Shown one piece after another: positions 54,072-62,812 of a stretch of 64,000 bases of DNA; the stretch's first letter is position 1, and each line of letters begins with the position of its first letter. The translations under genes were made by a program, and so were the position numbers. Under the pieces are notes generated by a model. The model saw only the letters and a program-made list of their open reading frames with translations. It ran no database searches and was not told the origin of the DNA. Source of the stretch: Candidatus Micrarchaeia archaeon (GTDB lineage Archaea; Micrarchaeota; Micrarchaeia; Anstonellales; Anstonellaceae); the NCBI GenBank assembly GCA_041665945.1, contig JBAYHU010000004.1:34336-98335 (forward strand), given 5' to 3'.

Positions 54072-55058
54072 TTACTTAGGAGAAGGCGGGCGGCGCTTTG
54101 CAAGATACGCCGCAATTACTTCTTTCATCCCCTCTGCTATTTTGACTTGCGGCTCAAACCCGAGTTCCGCCTTTGCCTTCCCGCCCGAATAGGCGCGGTC
54201 GAGCGTGAGCTGGCGTATGTTCTCCGGCGAAACCGAGGGATTTTTGCAAAGATGGATTGCGGAAAGAACCTGCTGCATCGCAACCCCCGCGCTTGCGAGA
54301 ATCACGGGCGCGGACTTTTCCGGCGCAGGGACGCCAAGCTGCGAGGCTGCGAGCAGCAGCAGTTCCTTCTGCGTCATCTGCTCGCTGCCCACTATGTTGT
54401 ATTCCCTGCAATGCGTTATCGCCTCGCCGGAATCAAGCGCGAGCATGATGGCATGAACTGCGTCCGACTGGTGCACAAGCGGCATCCTATTGTTCCCGTC
54501 CCCGAGGATTTGCATTTTTCCTGCGGCGAGCCTGTCGAGTATCTGGAAATATCCATCCTCGAAATCCGGCCCGTAAATCATGCCAAGGCGGAGAAGCACT
54601 ATCGGAAGCGCGCTCGCATATTCGCGGGCAAAAGTCTCCCCAAGCAGCTTGCTTTTCCCGTAAGGGCTTTCGCAGGCAGTGGCGAATGTCTCGTCCACCA
54701 ATTGCCCCTTGTGCTCGCCATAGACTGAAATAGAACTAATCATGACCACTTTCTCGATTTCCGCCGGGCAATTCGCCAGCAGGTGCTTTGCCGAAAATGC
54801 GTTTGCGAGGACAAGGCTGTCGTATGGGTGGCTTCCCACAAGCCCTGCGCAGTGCACGACCTTGCCCACTCCGTCAAAAGCGGTTGCCGGAAGCGCGGCT
54901 GGCCCCAAGTCATGCTCGAATTTCTCCGCTCCCTGTGGAAGCGTTCCTGAGCTTAGCGGGCGCACGACTGCGCGGACGGTGTCCCCCCTGGCAATAAGCG
55001 CCCTGGCGACAAGGGAGCCGAGCTTTCCTGTCGCGCCGGTTACAAGGACCAATGCCAT
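54072..55058 (-). CDS. NAD-dependent epimerase/dehydratase (extended SDR)
   Basis: VLVTGATGKLGS Rossmann motif and YxxxK region SPYGKSK. Confidence 0.85.
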   Translation of the reverse strand: MALVLVTGATGKLGSLVARALIARGDTVRAVVRPLSSGTLPQGAEKFEHDLGPAALPATAFDGVGKVVHCAGLVGSHPYDSLVLANAFSAKHLLANCPAEIEKVVMISSISVYGEHKGQLVDETFATACESPYGKSKLLGETFAREYASALPIVLLRLGMIYGPDFEDGYFQILDRLAAGKMQILGDGNNRMPLVHQSDAVHAIMLALDSGEAITHCREYNIVGSEQMTQKELLLLAASQLGVPAPEKSAPVILASAGVAMQQVLSAIHLCKNPSVSPENIRQLTLDRAYSGGKAKAELGFEPQVKIAEGMKEVIAAYLAKRRPPSPK

Positions 55059-55088
55059 GCGATACCATCCCTCAAATCTTTTATGAAG

Positions 55089-56120
55089 CTATTCTATCCC
55101 AAGCGACTTTTCCAGCCCCTCTTCCGGCTCCTTGAAATAAAGCACGTTTTTCTGGGAGAAAGTTATCCGGTCAGTTTCCTCGTACTTGTGCGTTGTCCTT
55201 ATCTGCAACCGCACGCCATCGCAGTCCACATCGTATCTGTAGAACGGGCCGTAGGAGCGGCTGCTGATGACCTCCACTTTCGTCCCGCTGTGGCTGAACC
55301 GCAGGTTCTCCGGGCGTATGACCGCGACAAATTCCCCGTGGAGCTTGGTGCGCAATTCATGCCCAAGCAGCATCGCCTTCCCCTTGGTGAACTTCACCCG
55401 CAGGAAATTCGCCCCGCCAAGGAAGCTTGCGACAAAGGGGCTTGAGGGCTTGTGGTAAACATCCGAAGGCGTGCCGACTTGCAGCACCTGCCCATTTTTC
55501 ATGATGACAATCTTGTCCGCAAGCGCCATTGCCTCTTCCTGGTCGTGCGTGACGTGGACGACTGTGAGCCCGAGCTTTTTCGCCATCCTGCGAAGCTCGG
55601 TGCGCAATTCCACCCTGATGTGCGCGTCAAGCGCATTGGTCGGCTCGTCGAGGAACATGAGTTTCGAGCCGGTGGTCAGCGCGCGCGCCATCGCCAGCCT
55701 CTGCTGCATCCCTCCGGAAAGCTCGCGCGGAAGCGCGCCCTCCCTTCCCTTCAGGTGCACAAGCTCCAACATGTCGGCAGCCACCCTGCGCGCCTTGTCC
55801 GGGTTTCCCCCTCTTGCAATCGGGCCGTAAGCCGCGTTGTCAAGCGCTGAGAGGTGCGGGAAAAGCGCGTAGTTCTGGAACAAAAAGCCGATGTCCCTGT
55901 CCTCGGGGGGAAGCAGCGTCATGTCCCTGCCTGCGATATGGATGGTGCCCGTGCTCGGCTGGAGTATTCCGGAGATTATTTTCAAAAGAGTCGTCTTGCC
56001 GCAGCCCGACGGCCCGAGAAGCACCACGTATTCGCCCTCGCGGATTTCCAAATCCACGTGCGCAAGGGCTTTCACGCGCCCGAAATATTTTGAAACGTCC
56101 TTCACCTTTATGTTCGGCAT
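55089..56120 (-). CDS. ABC importer ATP-binding protein (CysA/PotA/FbpC-like with C-terminal TOBE-like domain)
   Basis: GPSGCGKTT, LSGGMQQR, LMFLDEP, HVTHD. Internal ATG (MPNIKVK...). Confidence 0.88.
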   Translation of the reverse strand: MPNIKVKDVSKYFGRVKALAHVDLEIREGEYVVLLGPSGCGKTTLLKIISGILQPSTGTIHIAGRDMTLLPPEDRDIGFLFQNYALFPHLSALDNAAYGPIARGGNPDKARRVAADMLELVHLKGREGALPRELSGGMQQRLAMARALTTGSKLMFLDEPTNALDAHIRVELRTELRRMAKKLGLTVVHVTHDQEEAMALADKIVIMKNGQVLQVGTPSDVYHKPSSPFVASFLGGANFLRVKFTKGKAMLLGHELRTKLHGEFVAVIRPENLRFSHSGTKVEVISSRSYGPFYRYDVDCDGVRLQIRTTHKYEETDRITFSQKNVLYFKEPEEGLEKSLGIE

Positions 56121-56163
56121 ATCATACCACCAGTTCACGGGTTCGTCGCATTCCAGCCGCAAG

Positions 56164-57672
56164 TCACGGCTTTTTCCTCTGGCTTCCGCGCAGCACCATC
56201 ACAAACACAAGCGACACGGCGAGCAGCAGCACTGCCGCGGATGCGGCTTCTGCCTGCTGCCCGTTTTTCGTCAGGTTGACAATCAAAAGCGGGATTGTCT
56301 CTATGTTTTTGGAAACCGCGAGCGTGCCGCCGGTTTCGCTCACGCTTTTCATGAACGCGACCACCGTGCCAGCAATCACGGTGGGCCAGATAATCGGCAG
56401 CACGACTGTGCGGAACGCGTAGAAGGGCTTTGCGCCAAGCGAGCGCGCCACCTGCACGAGGTTCTCGTCGGTTTCGGAAAGTATTTCCGCCACCGGACTT
56501 ACGAAGAACGGATATATCATCGCCACGTGCGCGAAAACAAGCACGAACACCTCGTCAAGCTTGCCCGCCCAGAATAGCGACAGCGAAAGCCCGATTGTAA
56601 CCGTGGGCATCACCATGCCAAGCTCCACAAGCAGCCGCAGCAGCCACGAGTATTTCCGCTTGTCGGTGATAAGCAGGGCAAGCGGCAGCCCGAATGCGAT
56701 GGTAAGCAGCGTCGCAGCCGCGGCAACCCCGAACGAGACCAATATCGCGTCAATCGTGCGCGCTGCGAAGAAATCGAAATTCGTGAAGCGCAGGAACCAG
56801 AATGACGGGAGCAGCACGATTCCAAGCAGAAATGCGAGGGCAACGCCGTCGGACAGCCACCCGTACGAGCTCAGCCGCTTCTCAGCATCTGCATAAACCC
56901 TGCCAAGGGTCGCGCGCTTCACGTTCAGCTTGCTTCGCACCAGCAGGAAAAGCGCGGCGGACAAAAGCAGGAACACTGCGGAGAGCGAAATCGCCGCGTC
57001 GATGTCCGCTGGCGTGGCGTTTTTGTAATACACTGTCAGGATGGGCACAGTGCGAAGCGTCCCAGCGGCAATCATGGTTGCGCCCGTCTCTCCAAGCGAG
57101 CGGGTGAATGCCAGAACCGCGCCTGAAAGCGCGCCGGCGCGTACAAGGGGCAGCCAGAGCGTGCGGAACGAGGTAAGCGGGGATGCGCCAAGCGTGCCGG
57201 CTGCGCGCGCGAGGTCGGAATCCACCTCCATTATCGCAGCCTGCGTGGTCCTCACGACATAGGAGAATGTGAATGCGATGTGCAGCACGATTATCGCCGC
57301 GATGCCCGGCTCGAAAAGCCCGAGCCCGCCCGTGCCCCAGAAAAGCGTTATCGACAGCCCAAGCGCGCTTGTGGGCACGATAAGGGGCAAATCCACAATC
57401 GCGTCAAGAACTCCCTTGAGCGGGAACTTTTTCTTCGCCAGAAGCCAAGCCAGCGGAATCCCGAACGCAAGGTCCACGAGCGTGACTGCCAGGCCTATTG
57501 AGAAAGAGGCGATTATCGCATTCCGCATTCCGTCGTTGAAGGTGAAGTGCCCTATCTGCGAGAATATGTAAAACAGCGGGCCGAGCACGAAGGCGCAGAA
57601 GAAAACAAGCGCCACCGCGTTCATGGCGCCCGCCCATCGCGGGTCCTGCGAAGCCTTGTCGAAAAAACGCAT
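56164..57672 (-). CDS. ABC importer permease, fused double-domain (FbpB/ThiP-like, about 12 TM)
   Basis: 502 aa; two EAA-like loops (ARAAGTLGASPLTSFRTLWLPL and QVARSLGAKPFYAFRTVVLPI). Confidence 0.85.
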   Translation of the reverse strand: MRFFDKASQDPRWAGAMNAVALVFFCAFVLGPLFYIFSQIGHFTFNDGMRNAIIASFSIGLAVTLVDLAFGIPLAWLLAKKKFPLKGVLDAIVDLPLIVPTSALGLSITLFWGTGGLGLFEPGIAAIIVLHIAFTFSYVVRTTQAAIMEVDSDLARAAGTLGASPLTSFRTLWLPLVRAGALSGAVLAFTRSLGETGATMIAAGTLRTVPILTVYYKNATPADIDAAISLSAVFLLLSAALFLLVRSKLNVKRATLGRVYADAEKRLSSYGWLSDGVALAFLLGIVLLPSFWFLRFTNFDFFAARTIDAILVSFGVAAAATLLTIAFGLPLALLITDKRKYSWLLRLLVELGMVMPTVTIGLSLSLFWAGKLDEVFVLVFAHVAMIYPFFVSPVAEILSETDENLVQVARSLGAKPFYAFRTVVLPIIWPTVIAGTVVAFMKSVSETGGTLAVSKNIETIPLLIVNLTKNGQQAEAASAAVLLLAVSLVFVMVLRGSQRKKP

Positions 57673-57723
57673 GCCAGACTATCCGAGTAAAGCTATTTAT
57701 CCTTAGTGCAGGATGCTATTGCC

Positions 57724-58329
57724 ATGCTCATTGTGTTCGAAGGCATAGACGGCACTGGGAAGGGATCGCAAATCCGCCTGCTTCGCACGTTCCTGCGCCA
57801 GCACGGCATCAAGCACGCCATCCACAAATACCCGACTAAAAAAGCAAAGGAGGCGTTCGCCCACCTTGAGGGCAAAAAGACGGTCCCGCCCCTTGTTCTC
57901 GCACAGATATTTTCGGATGACATCGTCTCCGAGCAGAAAAAAATCGGGGCTGAAATCAACAAGGGCATGGTCGTCATCTGCGACCGATACCTCCACTCCA
58001 CGCTCGCCTATCAGGCGGTCGGAGCGGGATTCGACGCCCTTGCCTCCGCCCTGCCGCTGGAAACAGTGCGCACGCCGGACCTCGTCATACTCCTCGACAT
58101 CGACCAAAACACTTCCGCGCAGAGGAAAGAGGCGCAGAAAAACCCGGACAGGCACGAGTCGGACGTGGAATTCCTCGGAAAAGTGCGGGCGAATTACATC
58201 AGGATGGAGCGCCTCAACATCCTTGCCTACAAATACGCGGTGATTGACGCGTCGGAAAAGCCGGAAGAGATATTCACGCACGTGCTTTCGCACGTCGAGC
58301 CCCTTATTGTGAAGAAAATCAGCGATTGA
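57724..58329 (+). CDS. tmk: thymidylate kinase
   Basis: P-loop FEGIDGTGKGSQ, DRY motif (CDRYLHS), lid region. Confidence 0.88.
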   Translation: MLIVFEGIDGTGKGSQIRLLRTFLRQHGIKHAIHKYPTKKAKEAFAHLEGKKTVPPLVLAQIFSDDIVSEQKKIGAEINKGMVVICDRYLHSTLAYQAVGAGFDALASALPLETVRTPDLVILLDIDQNTSAQRKEAQKNPDRHESDVEFLGKVRANYIRMERLNILAYKYAVIDASEKPEEIFTHVLSHVEPLIVKKISD

Positions 58330-58336
58330 CTGCCAG

Positions 58337-58702
58337 TCAGCCGTATCCCGCACGCTCGCAGCGAAGCTCGGAGCGGAATTCCTCCCGCTCGGCTATCGTG
58401 CCATCGCGGTCATAGCCGTAAAAAGTGAGCCTGATTGTGTAGGTGTCGGGGTACGAGCCAGCCCCCCCGTAAATCCTGATTTTCTTGGAGATTTTTCCCC
58501 CCATGAGCGCGATGCCTATGCGCACTCTTGCCTTCAAAAGCGAGCGGTCGGGCGCAAGCGAAACAGCCCCCGGCACGGTGATGTCCGCCTCCACCCAGCG
58601 CGGCGAGTCCCCCTCGTTTTTGACCGACAGTTCCATCTCGACCTCATTGCGCACGTACGCTTCCATGCGTATGGGCGAAAAATGGGTCTGGGGGTTCAGC
58701 AT
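58337..58702 (-). CDS. hypothetical protein (beta-rich, 121 aa)
   Basis: ORF track only; no motif recognised; divergent from the wHTH gene. Confidence 0.45.
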   Translation of the reverse strand: MLNPQTHFSPIRMEAYVRNEVEMELSVKNEGDSPRWVEADITVPGAVSLAPDRSLLKARVRIGIALMGGKISKKIRIYGGAGSYPDTYTIRLTFYGYDRDGTIAEREEFRSELRCERAGYG

Positions 58703-58771
58703 GGGCGCACCATGGCATTTACCCAGCCTTACTTTTTAATTTTTGGCACCAACACTCTCTTGGTTTCGATT

Positions 58772-59245
58772 ATGGAAATGCCTGAAAGCGCGCTGATACG
58801 GGGCGAGTGCCTTGTCCGCGAATTGCAGTTCTCAGAGGAAGTCAAGCTCACGCGCAAGGCTCTCGTGCGCTGGCTCGCCCTCTCGCTCGGGCTGATTTCC
58901 CCCGCAGAGTCGCGCACCGGGCTTCTCGAAGTGCTCGAGGCATTGTTCTATTTCCACTACCGCAAGCGCGAGACGCACTCGGACCCCGACATACACCAAA
59001 TCCTCGCAAAAATCGCCGAAATAAAAAAAGGCGAGCCGAACCCCAAGGCAGTGCGCTACCACCTTCTCCAGCTCAAAAAGCTCGGCATAATCGAGGCGAA
59101 AAGCAGGAAATACTGTTTCGTCCTTTCCCCCTCGCAGGAAAATTCCGACCTTGCAACAGCACTCTCGCACGTCTACAAGCAGAGGATGGACGCTTCTTTT
59201 GAAAAGATGAAAAAAGCCCTCTCTCAACTTGAGAAAACAATCTGA
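58772..59245 (+). CDS. winged-helix DNA-binding protein
   Basis: 157 aa from the internal ATG; AVRYHLLQLKKLGIIEAKSRKYCFV is a typical recognition helix plus wing. Confidence 0.6.
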   Translation: MEMPESALIRGECLVRELQFSEEVKLTRKALVRWLALSLGLISPAESRTGLLEVLEALFYFHYRKRETHSDPDIHQILAKIAEIKKGEPNPKAVRYHLLQLKKLGIIEAKSRKYCFVLSPSQENSDLATALSHVYKQRMDASFEKMKKALSQLEKTI

Positions 59246-59256
59246 GGGCTTTTTTC
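59209..59256 (+). terminator. perfect 13-bp inverted repeat spanning the last codons and stop of the wHTH gene; a second 7-bp hairpin lies at 59261-59278
   Basis: GAAAAAAGCCCTC (59209-21) pairs with GAGGGCTTTTTTC (59244-56). Then GTCGAGC-CCAA-GCTCGAC. Confidence 0.45.
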
Positions 59257-59279
59257 AGAAGTCGAGCCCAAGCTCGACT

Positions 59280-59321
59280 AAGATGAAAAAAGCGCTTTCC
59301 CAGCTGGAAAAAACTATCTGA
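59280..59321 (+). repeat. second copy of the last 13 codons plus stop of the upstream gene (KMKKALSQLEKTI*), differing only at synonymous sites
   Basis: Hand alignment of 59204-59245 against 59280-59321 gives 7 codon differences, all synonymous. The copy is in a different frame from the gene (76-nt offset). Confidence 0.8.
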
Positions 59322-59337
59322 GGCGCGCTTCCGGCAC

Positions 59338-60324
59338 CTAGATTTCGTCAAGGTAGGGCACGAAAACGCGCGCGGAAAATATCCTGTAAAACTCGAACGC
59401 CGCGACTGCGGAGACTGCGAGCGAAACAAGCGGGAAGACCACAAGGTCTGCAACGGCAAGCGCATTCGCATCAGCGGACGCGGAGAGGACGGGCTGCAGC
59501 CGCGCCTCGAATTCCCCGCCGGATATCCCCTCCATCTGGCTTTGCACACTCGCGGTATCATTCAGCCTGACTGCAGGTATTGCCGCATATGCTGCGTTGA
59601 AGCCGTCCGCAAGCGTTGTCGCATTCTTTGCAACGGCAGGAGAACTGCTCGCAGGAAAAGTATGGAGAAAGAGGAGCGGATAGACCATGAACGCCGCCAC
59701 AGCCGCCGCCATCGCCGCAGCCCCGAGTTTCCGCGTGGCGAAAAACGTGCGAAGCAGCAGCCCCACCGGGAGGAACAGCACAAGCGCGGATGCGCGTATC
59801 ATGCCTGCGAGCGCAAGCTCGAGTTCGGACAGCGCGGATATCCCATTCGCATTGCGCGATTCCGCGGACAGCGAGCGGGACGCCTCCTCAAGCGCGAAGA
59901 ACGGCTGGGCTGTGACATTGCCGTCAGTTATTTTCAGCGAGGACGCAAAACCCGTTATCACGGACGAGCGCAAAAGCGAGGCGGAAAGCCCGCCATAGGT
60001 GCCGGACAATGCTTCAAGGTTGCATTCATAAAGCCCTGACGGCGTCGTGGCAGCGGCTTGCGAATTCGGGCAATGGGGCGTTGCGCCTGAGGGCATCGCA
60101 GCCAGTGCCGCGGCATTCAACACAGCGCAAAACGCGACAATCCCACCAACCATGGCTGCCGAGATTATGCCCTGCGCAAGCTCTTCCTGCCCCAAAAGCC
60201 GCAGTCTCGCGTATCTGAACGCAATCCCCGCGCCGAACAGTATCCCGCCCAGCAATATGGATATCGTGGCGGCTATCACCGCCCAGTCAAAGGAGGATGC
60301 CTGCGGGATGAAGTCCGGGGCCAT
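59338..60324 (-). CDS. polytopic membrane protein, function unknown
   Basis: 328 aa, Ala-rich, with at least 6 hydrophobic segments. The opposite-strand ORF 60047..61144 looks like a shadow ORF. Confidence 0.55.
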   Translation of the reverse strand: MAPDFIPQASSFDWAVIAATISILLGGILFGAGIAFRYARLRLLGQEELAQGIISAAMVGGIVAFCAVLNAAALAAMPSGATPHCPNSQAAATTPSGLYECNLEALSGTYGGLSASLLRSSVITGFASSLKITDGNVTAQPFFALEEASRSLSAESRNANGISALSELELALAGMIRASALVLFLPVGLLLRTFFATRKLGAAAMAAAVAAFMVYPLLFLHTFPASSSPAVAKNATTLADGFNAAYAAIPAVRLNDTASVQSQMEGISGGEFEARLQPVLSASADANALAVADLVVFPLVSLAVSAVAAFEFYRIFSARVFVPYLDEI

Positions 60325-60333
60325 AAGCGGGAA

Positions 60334-60888
60334 TCAGATGTCCTTGACAAATTTTACGACAAGCGCGCCGCCAAGGGCGCCAAGAATTGCGTCGATGACG
60401 ACTATTATGGCAAAAACCGCTATCAACACCAGTCCGCTTGCCCAGTCGCCGAACGGGTGGATGTTTGTTTGGGGCAGGATGTTCAGCACGAGTAACAAAA
60501 CAGTGGATATCAATGCGCCTGCCAGCCCTGCTGCCGCGCCGACCATGGCCCCGCGCTGGAGGGTGAGGGGCTTGCTGCGCAGCTTCTCAAGAATGAGCGT
60601 GCCGATTGCCCCTGAGATAATCGGCATTATGCAGATTACCGGCAGGAAAACAACCGAAATCAGGACGTTCCCCCCGTCCCTGTTGAACAGGAATACGGCT
60701 ATTTCCGCAAGCAGGAAGAACGCGAAGAGCAATATTGCGCCGGCAATCGCGGCTACAAGGTATTCGACAATGCTTCTTGGCATCCCCGCAGGTATGAATG
60801 AAAGCACGGAGTGGTCTGCCTCTCCTGCTGGAGCCTGTTTTGCAGGAGCTGCTGTTGCGGGTTTTGAAACTGGCAAACCAATCACCAA
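60334..60888 (-). CDS. four-TM small membrane protein
   Basis: 184 aa; four clear TM helices with GxxxG-like packing motifs. Confidence 0.55.
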   Translation of the reverse strand: MVIGLPVSKPATAAPAKQAPAGEADHSVLSFIPAGMPRSIVEYLVAAIAGAILLFAFFLLAEIAVFLFNRDGGNVLISVVFLPVICIMPIISGAIGTLILEKLRSKPLTLQRGAMVGAAAGLAGALISTVLLLVLNILPQTNIHPFGDWASGLVLIAVFAIIVVIDAILGALGGALVVKFVKDI

Positions 60889-60933
60889 TCAGGATTTCTC
60901 TGGAAAGTATATAGACTTAACGCCTAAGCGCGG

Positions 60934-61332
60934 TCATTTCTTCTCGGGCGCGGCTGCCTTGTCTGATAAGGGCTTCTCCTGCCTCGCATCTTCCTTCTGC
61001 GCCGCCTGTGCAATCTGCGCGGATGGCAGCGGCTTTTCCTCAGCCTTCACCTGCGGCTTTGCCTCGGCTTCCGCCGCGTCGCACTTCTTGGCAAATTCGT
61101 CCAGCGCAGCCGCGAGGTGCGCGCCGTTTTCGGTGAGCCGGTAGCAGTTCTGCCTGCCTTTCTTGTCAAGCGCGATTATCCCGTTCCTCTTCAGGACGGC
61201 TATCAAATTCACGGTGTGCACATATGAGCAGCCAGCCGCCCGCGCAAGCTTGGACGGGTACCACTGCTGCTGTGAATCCTTGAGGTGAAGGAGGATGGCG
61301 CAGGGTTTTGTCTTGAGAAAATGGCTCTTCAT
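60934..61332 (-). CDS. winged-helix transcriptional regulator (ArsR/MarR-like) with a charged low-complexity tail
   Basis: PSKLARAAGCSYVHTVNLIAVLKRNGIIALDKKGRQNCYRLTENG. Confidence 0.65.
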   Translation of the reverse strand: MKSHFLKTKPCAILLHLKDSQQQWYPSKLARAAGCSYVHTVNLIAVLKRNGIIALDKKGRQNCYRLTENGAHLAAALDEFAKKCDAAEAEAKPQVKAEEKPLPSAQIAQAAQKEDARQEKPLSDKAAAPEKK

Positions 61333-61361
61333 GAAATCCCAGCTCTGGTTCGGCGGATTGC

Positions 61362-61802
61362 CTATGCCAGCTCATCCGGCTTAAACAGCCGCTCGCAGTG
61401 CCGGCAGCGGAGCGTTTCCCCGCCCTTTGACTGCAGGAAAGCCGTCTCCGTGCGCTCGGTGTTGGTAACGCATTTCGGATTCGGGCACTTGATTATGCCC
61501 ATGATTGCCGGCGGCGCCTTCACATGGTGCTTGTCCACGAGCTTCCCGCCGCGTATTATGTTGAGCGTGGCGTTTGGGGCAAGAAGGGCAATCCTGTTCA
61601 CCGCCTTTTCGTCAAGGAACACGCCCTCGATTTTCACGATGTCCTTCAGATGGTATTTCCTGCTCGGGGCGTTCATGATGAGCGCCGCCATCTTCGAAAT
61701 CGGGTGGTGGGATGACAGAAGCTGCAGCACGCGGCTTCCCGCGCCGGCGCTGATGTGGTCCACCACGGTCCCGTTCTCGATTTTTTGGACTGCGAGGGGC
61801 AT
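61362..61802 (-). CDS. pyrI: aspartate carbamoyltransferase regulatory subunit
   Basis: VQKIENGTVVDHI and zinc domain CPNPKC...CRHCE. Confidence 0.92.
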   Translation of the reverse strand: MPLAVQKIENGTVVDHISAGAGSRVLQLLSSHHPISKMAALIMNAPSRKYHLKDIVKIEGVFLDEKAVNRIALLAPNATLNIIRGGKLVDKHHVKAPPAIMGIIKCPNPKCVTNTERTETAFLQSKGGETLRCRHCERLFKPDELA

Positions 61803-61806
61803 GTTA

Positions 61807-62718
61807 TCAGCTCAGGATGCATTTTTTCAGGACAGCCATGCGCACGGGCACTCCGTTTTTCGCCTGCTCGAAATATTTCGCCCGCGGGTCGGCGTCGACT
61901 TCGGGCGGGATTTCATCCACCTTTGGCAGGGGGTGCAGTATTGCGAGCTTGGAGTCCGCATCTTTCAGCATTTCCATGTCCACGCGGAATTCCCGCTGCA
62001 TCCGCTCGGCTTCGTAAGAGTCGGAGAACCTCTCCTTCTGTATCCTGCAAACATATAGGACATCGCAGCCCTTCAGCTTCGCCTCTGCCGCCTGCGCGGG
62101 CTTTGCCCCGAATTTCGCTTTCACTTCCTTGAGTATGTCCTCGTCCATGCGAAGCGCGGGCGGCGAAACGAGCGTGACTTCCGCGCCGTACATCGCAAGC
62201 CCATAAAGGAGCGAGCGCATGGAACGCGCGTGCTTCAGGTCGCCAAGCAGCGTGATGTCCAACCCGCCGATTTTCCCCTTCAATTTCTTTATCGTGTAAA
62301 GGTCAATGAGCGTCTGTGTGGGGTGTTGGTTGCCCCCGTCGCCCGCGTTTATCACAGGGCATGCCGCGAGGTCGGCAGCGAAGCGCGCCGCGCCTTCCAT
62401 CGGGTGGCGCAGGACTATTGCGTCTGCGTAGCCGTCCATCATGCGTATGGTGTCGGCGAGGTTCTCGCCCTTCACCGCGGAGCTTGTGCTTGAGTGGAAC
62501 GTCAGTATTTTTGCGCCAAGGCGCTTTGCCGCAGCCTGGAAGGACATGTTGGTGCGCGTGGACGGCTCGAAAAACATGCTCGCAATCAGCTTGCCTGCCA
62601 GGGTTTTCTGGGGTTTTCCAACGAGCTTTTCCATCTTGGCGGCTTCGGACAAAAATGAGTCGACGTCTTTCTTTTCAAGGTCGCGAATCGATATCAAGTC
62701 TCGCATCCCTACACCCAA
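61807..62718 (-). CDS. pyrB: aspartate carbamoyltransferase catalytic subunit
   Basis: FFEPSTRTNMSF, LRHP, HPTQ, LHPLP. Confidence 0.95.
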   Translation of the reverse strand: MGVGMRDLISIRDLEKKDVDSFLSEAAKMEKLVGKPQKTLAGKLIASMFFEPSTRTNMSFQAAAKRLGAKILTFHSSTSSAVKGENLADTIRMMDGYADAIVLRHPMEGAARFAADLAACPVINAGDGGNQHPTQTLIDLYTIKKLKGKIGGLDITLLGDLKHARSMRSLLYGLAMYGAEVTLVSPPALRMDEDILKEVKAKFGAKPAQAAEAKLKGCDVLYVCRIQKERFSDSYEAERMQREFRVDMEMLKDADSKLAILHPLPKVDEIPPEVDADPRAKYFEQAKNGVPVRMAVLKKCILS

Positions 62719-62812
62719 TGCTTCTGTCTGATAAGTTTTATAAACGGAGATTTCCCGCGCAAATGGTACAGTGGTTTAAATTCACGATGCGCCATAAAAT
62801 GCCTGTGAGGAC

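Noticed and set aside
60047-61144. 365-aa plus-strand ORF
   Set aside because: It is antisense to three minus-strand genes with clean TM helices or an HTH. Its product is a Ser/Ala/Pro-rich string with no structure-like pattern.
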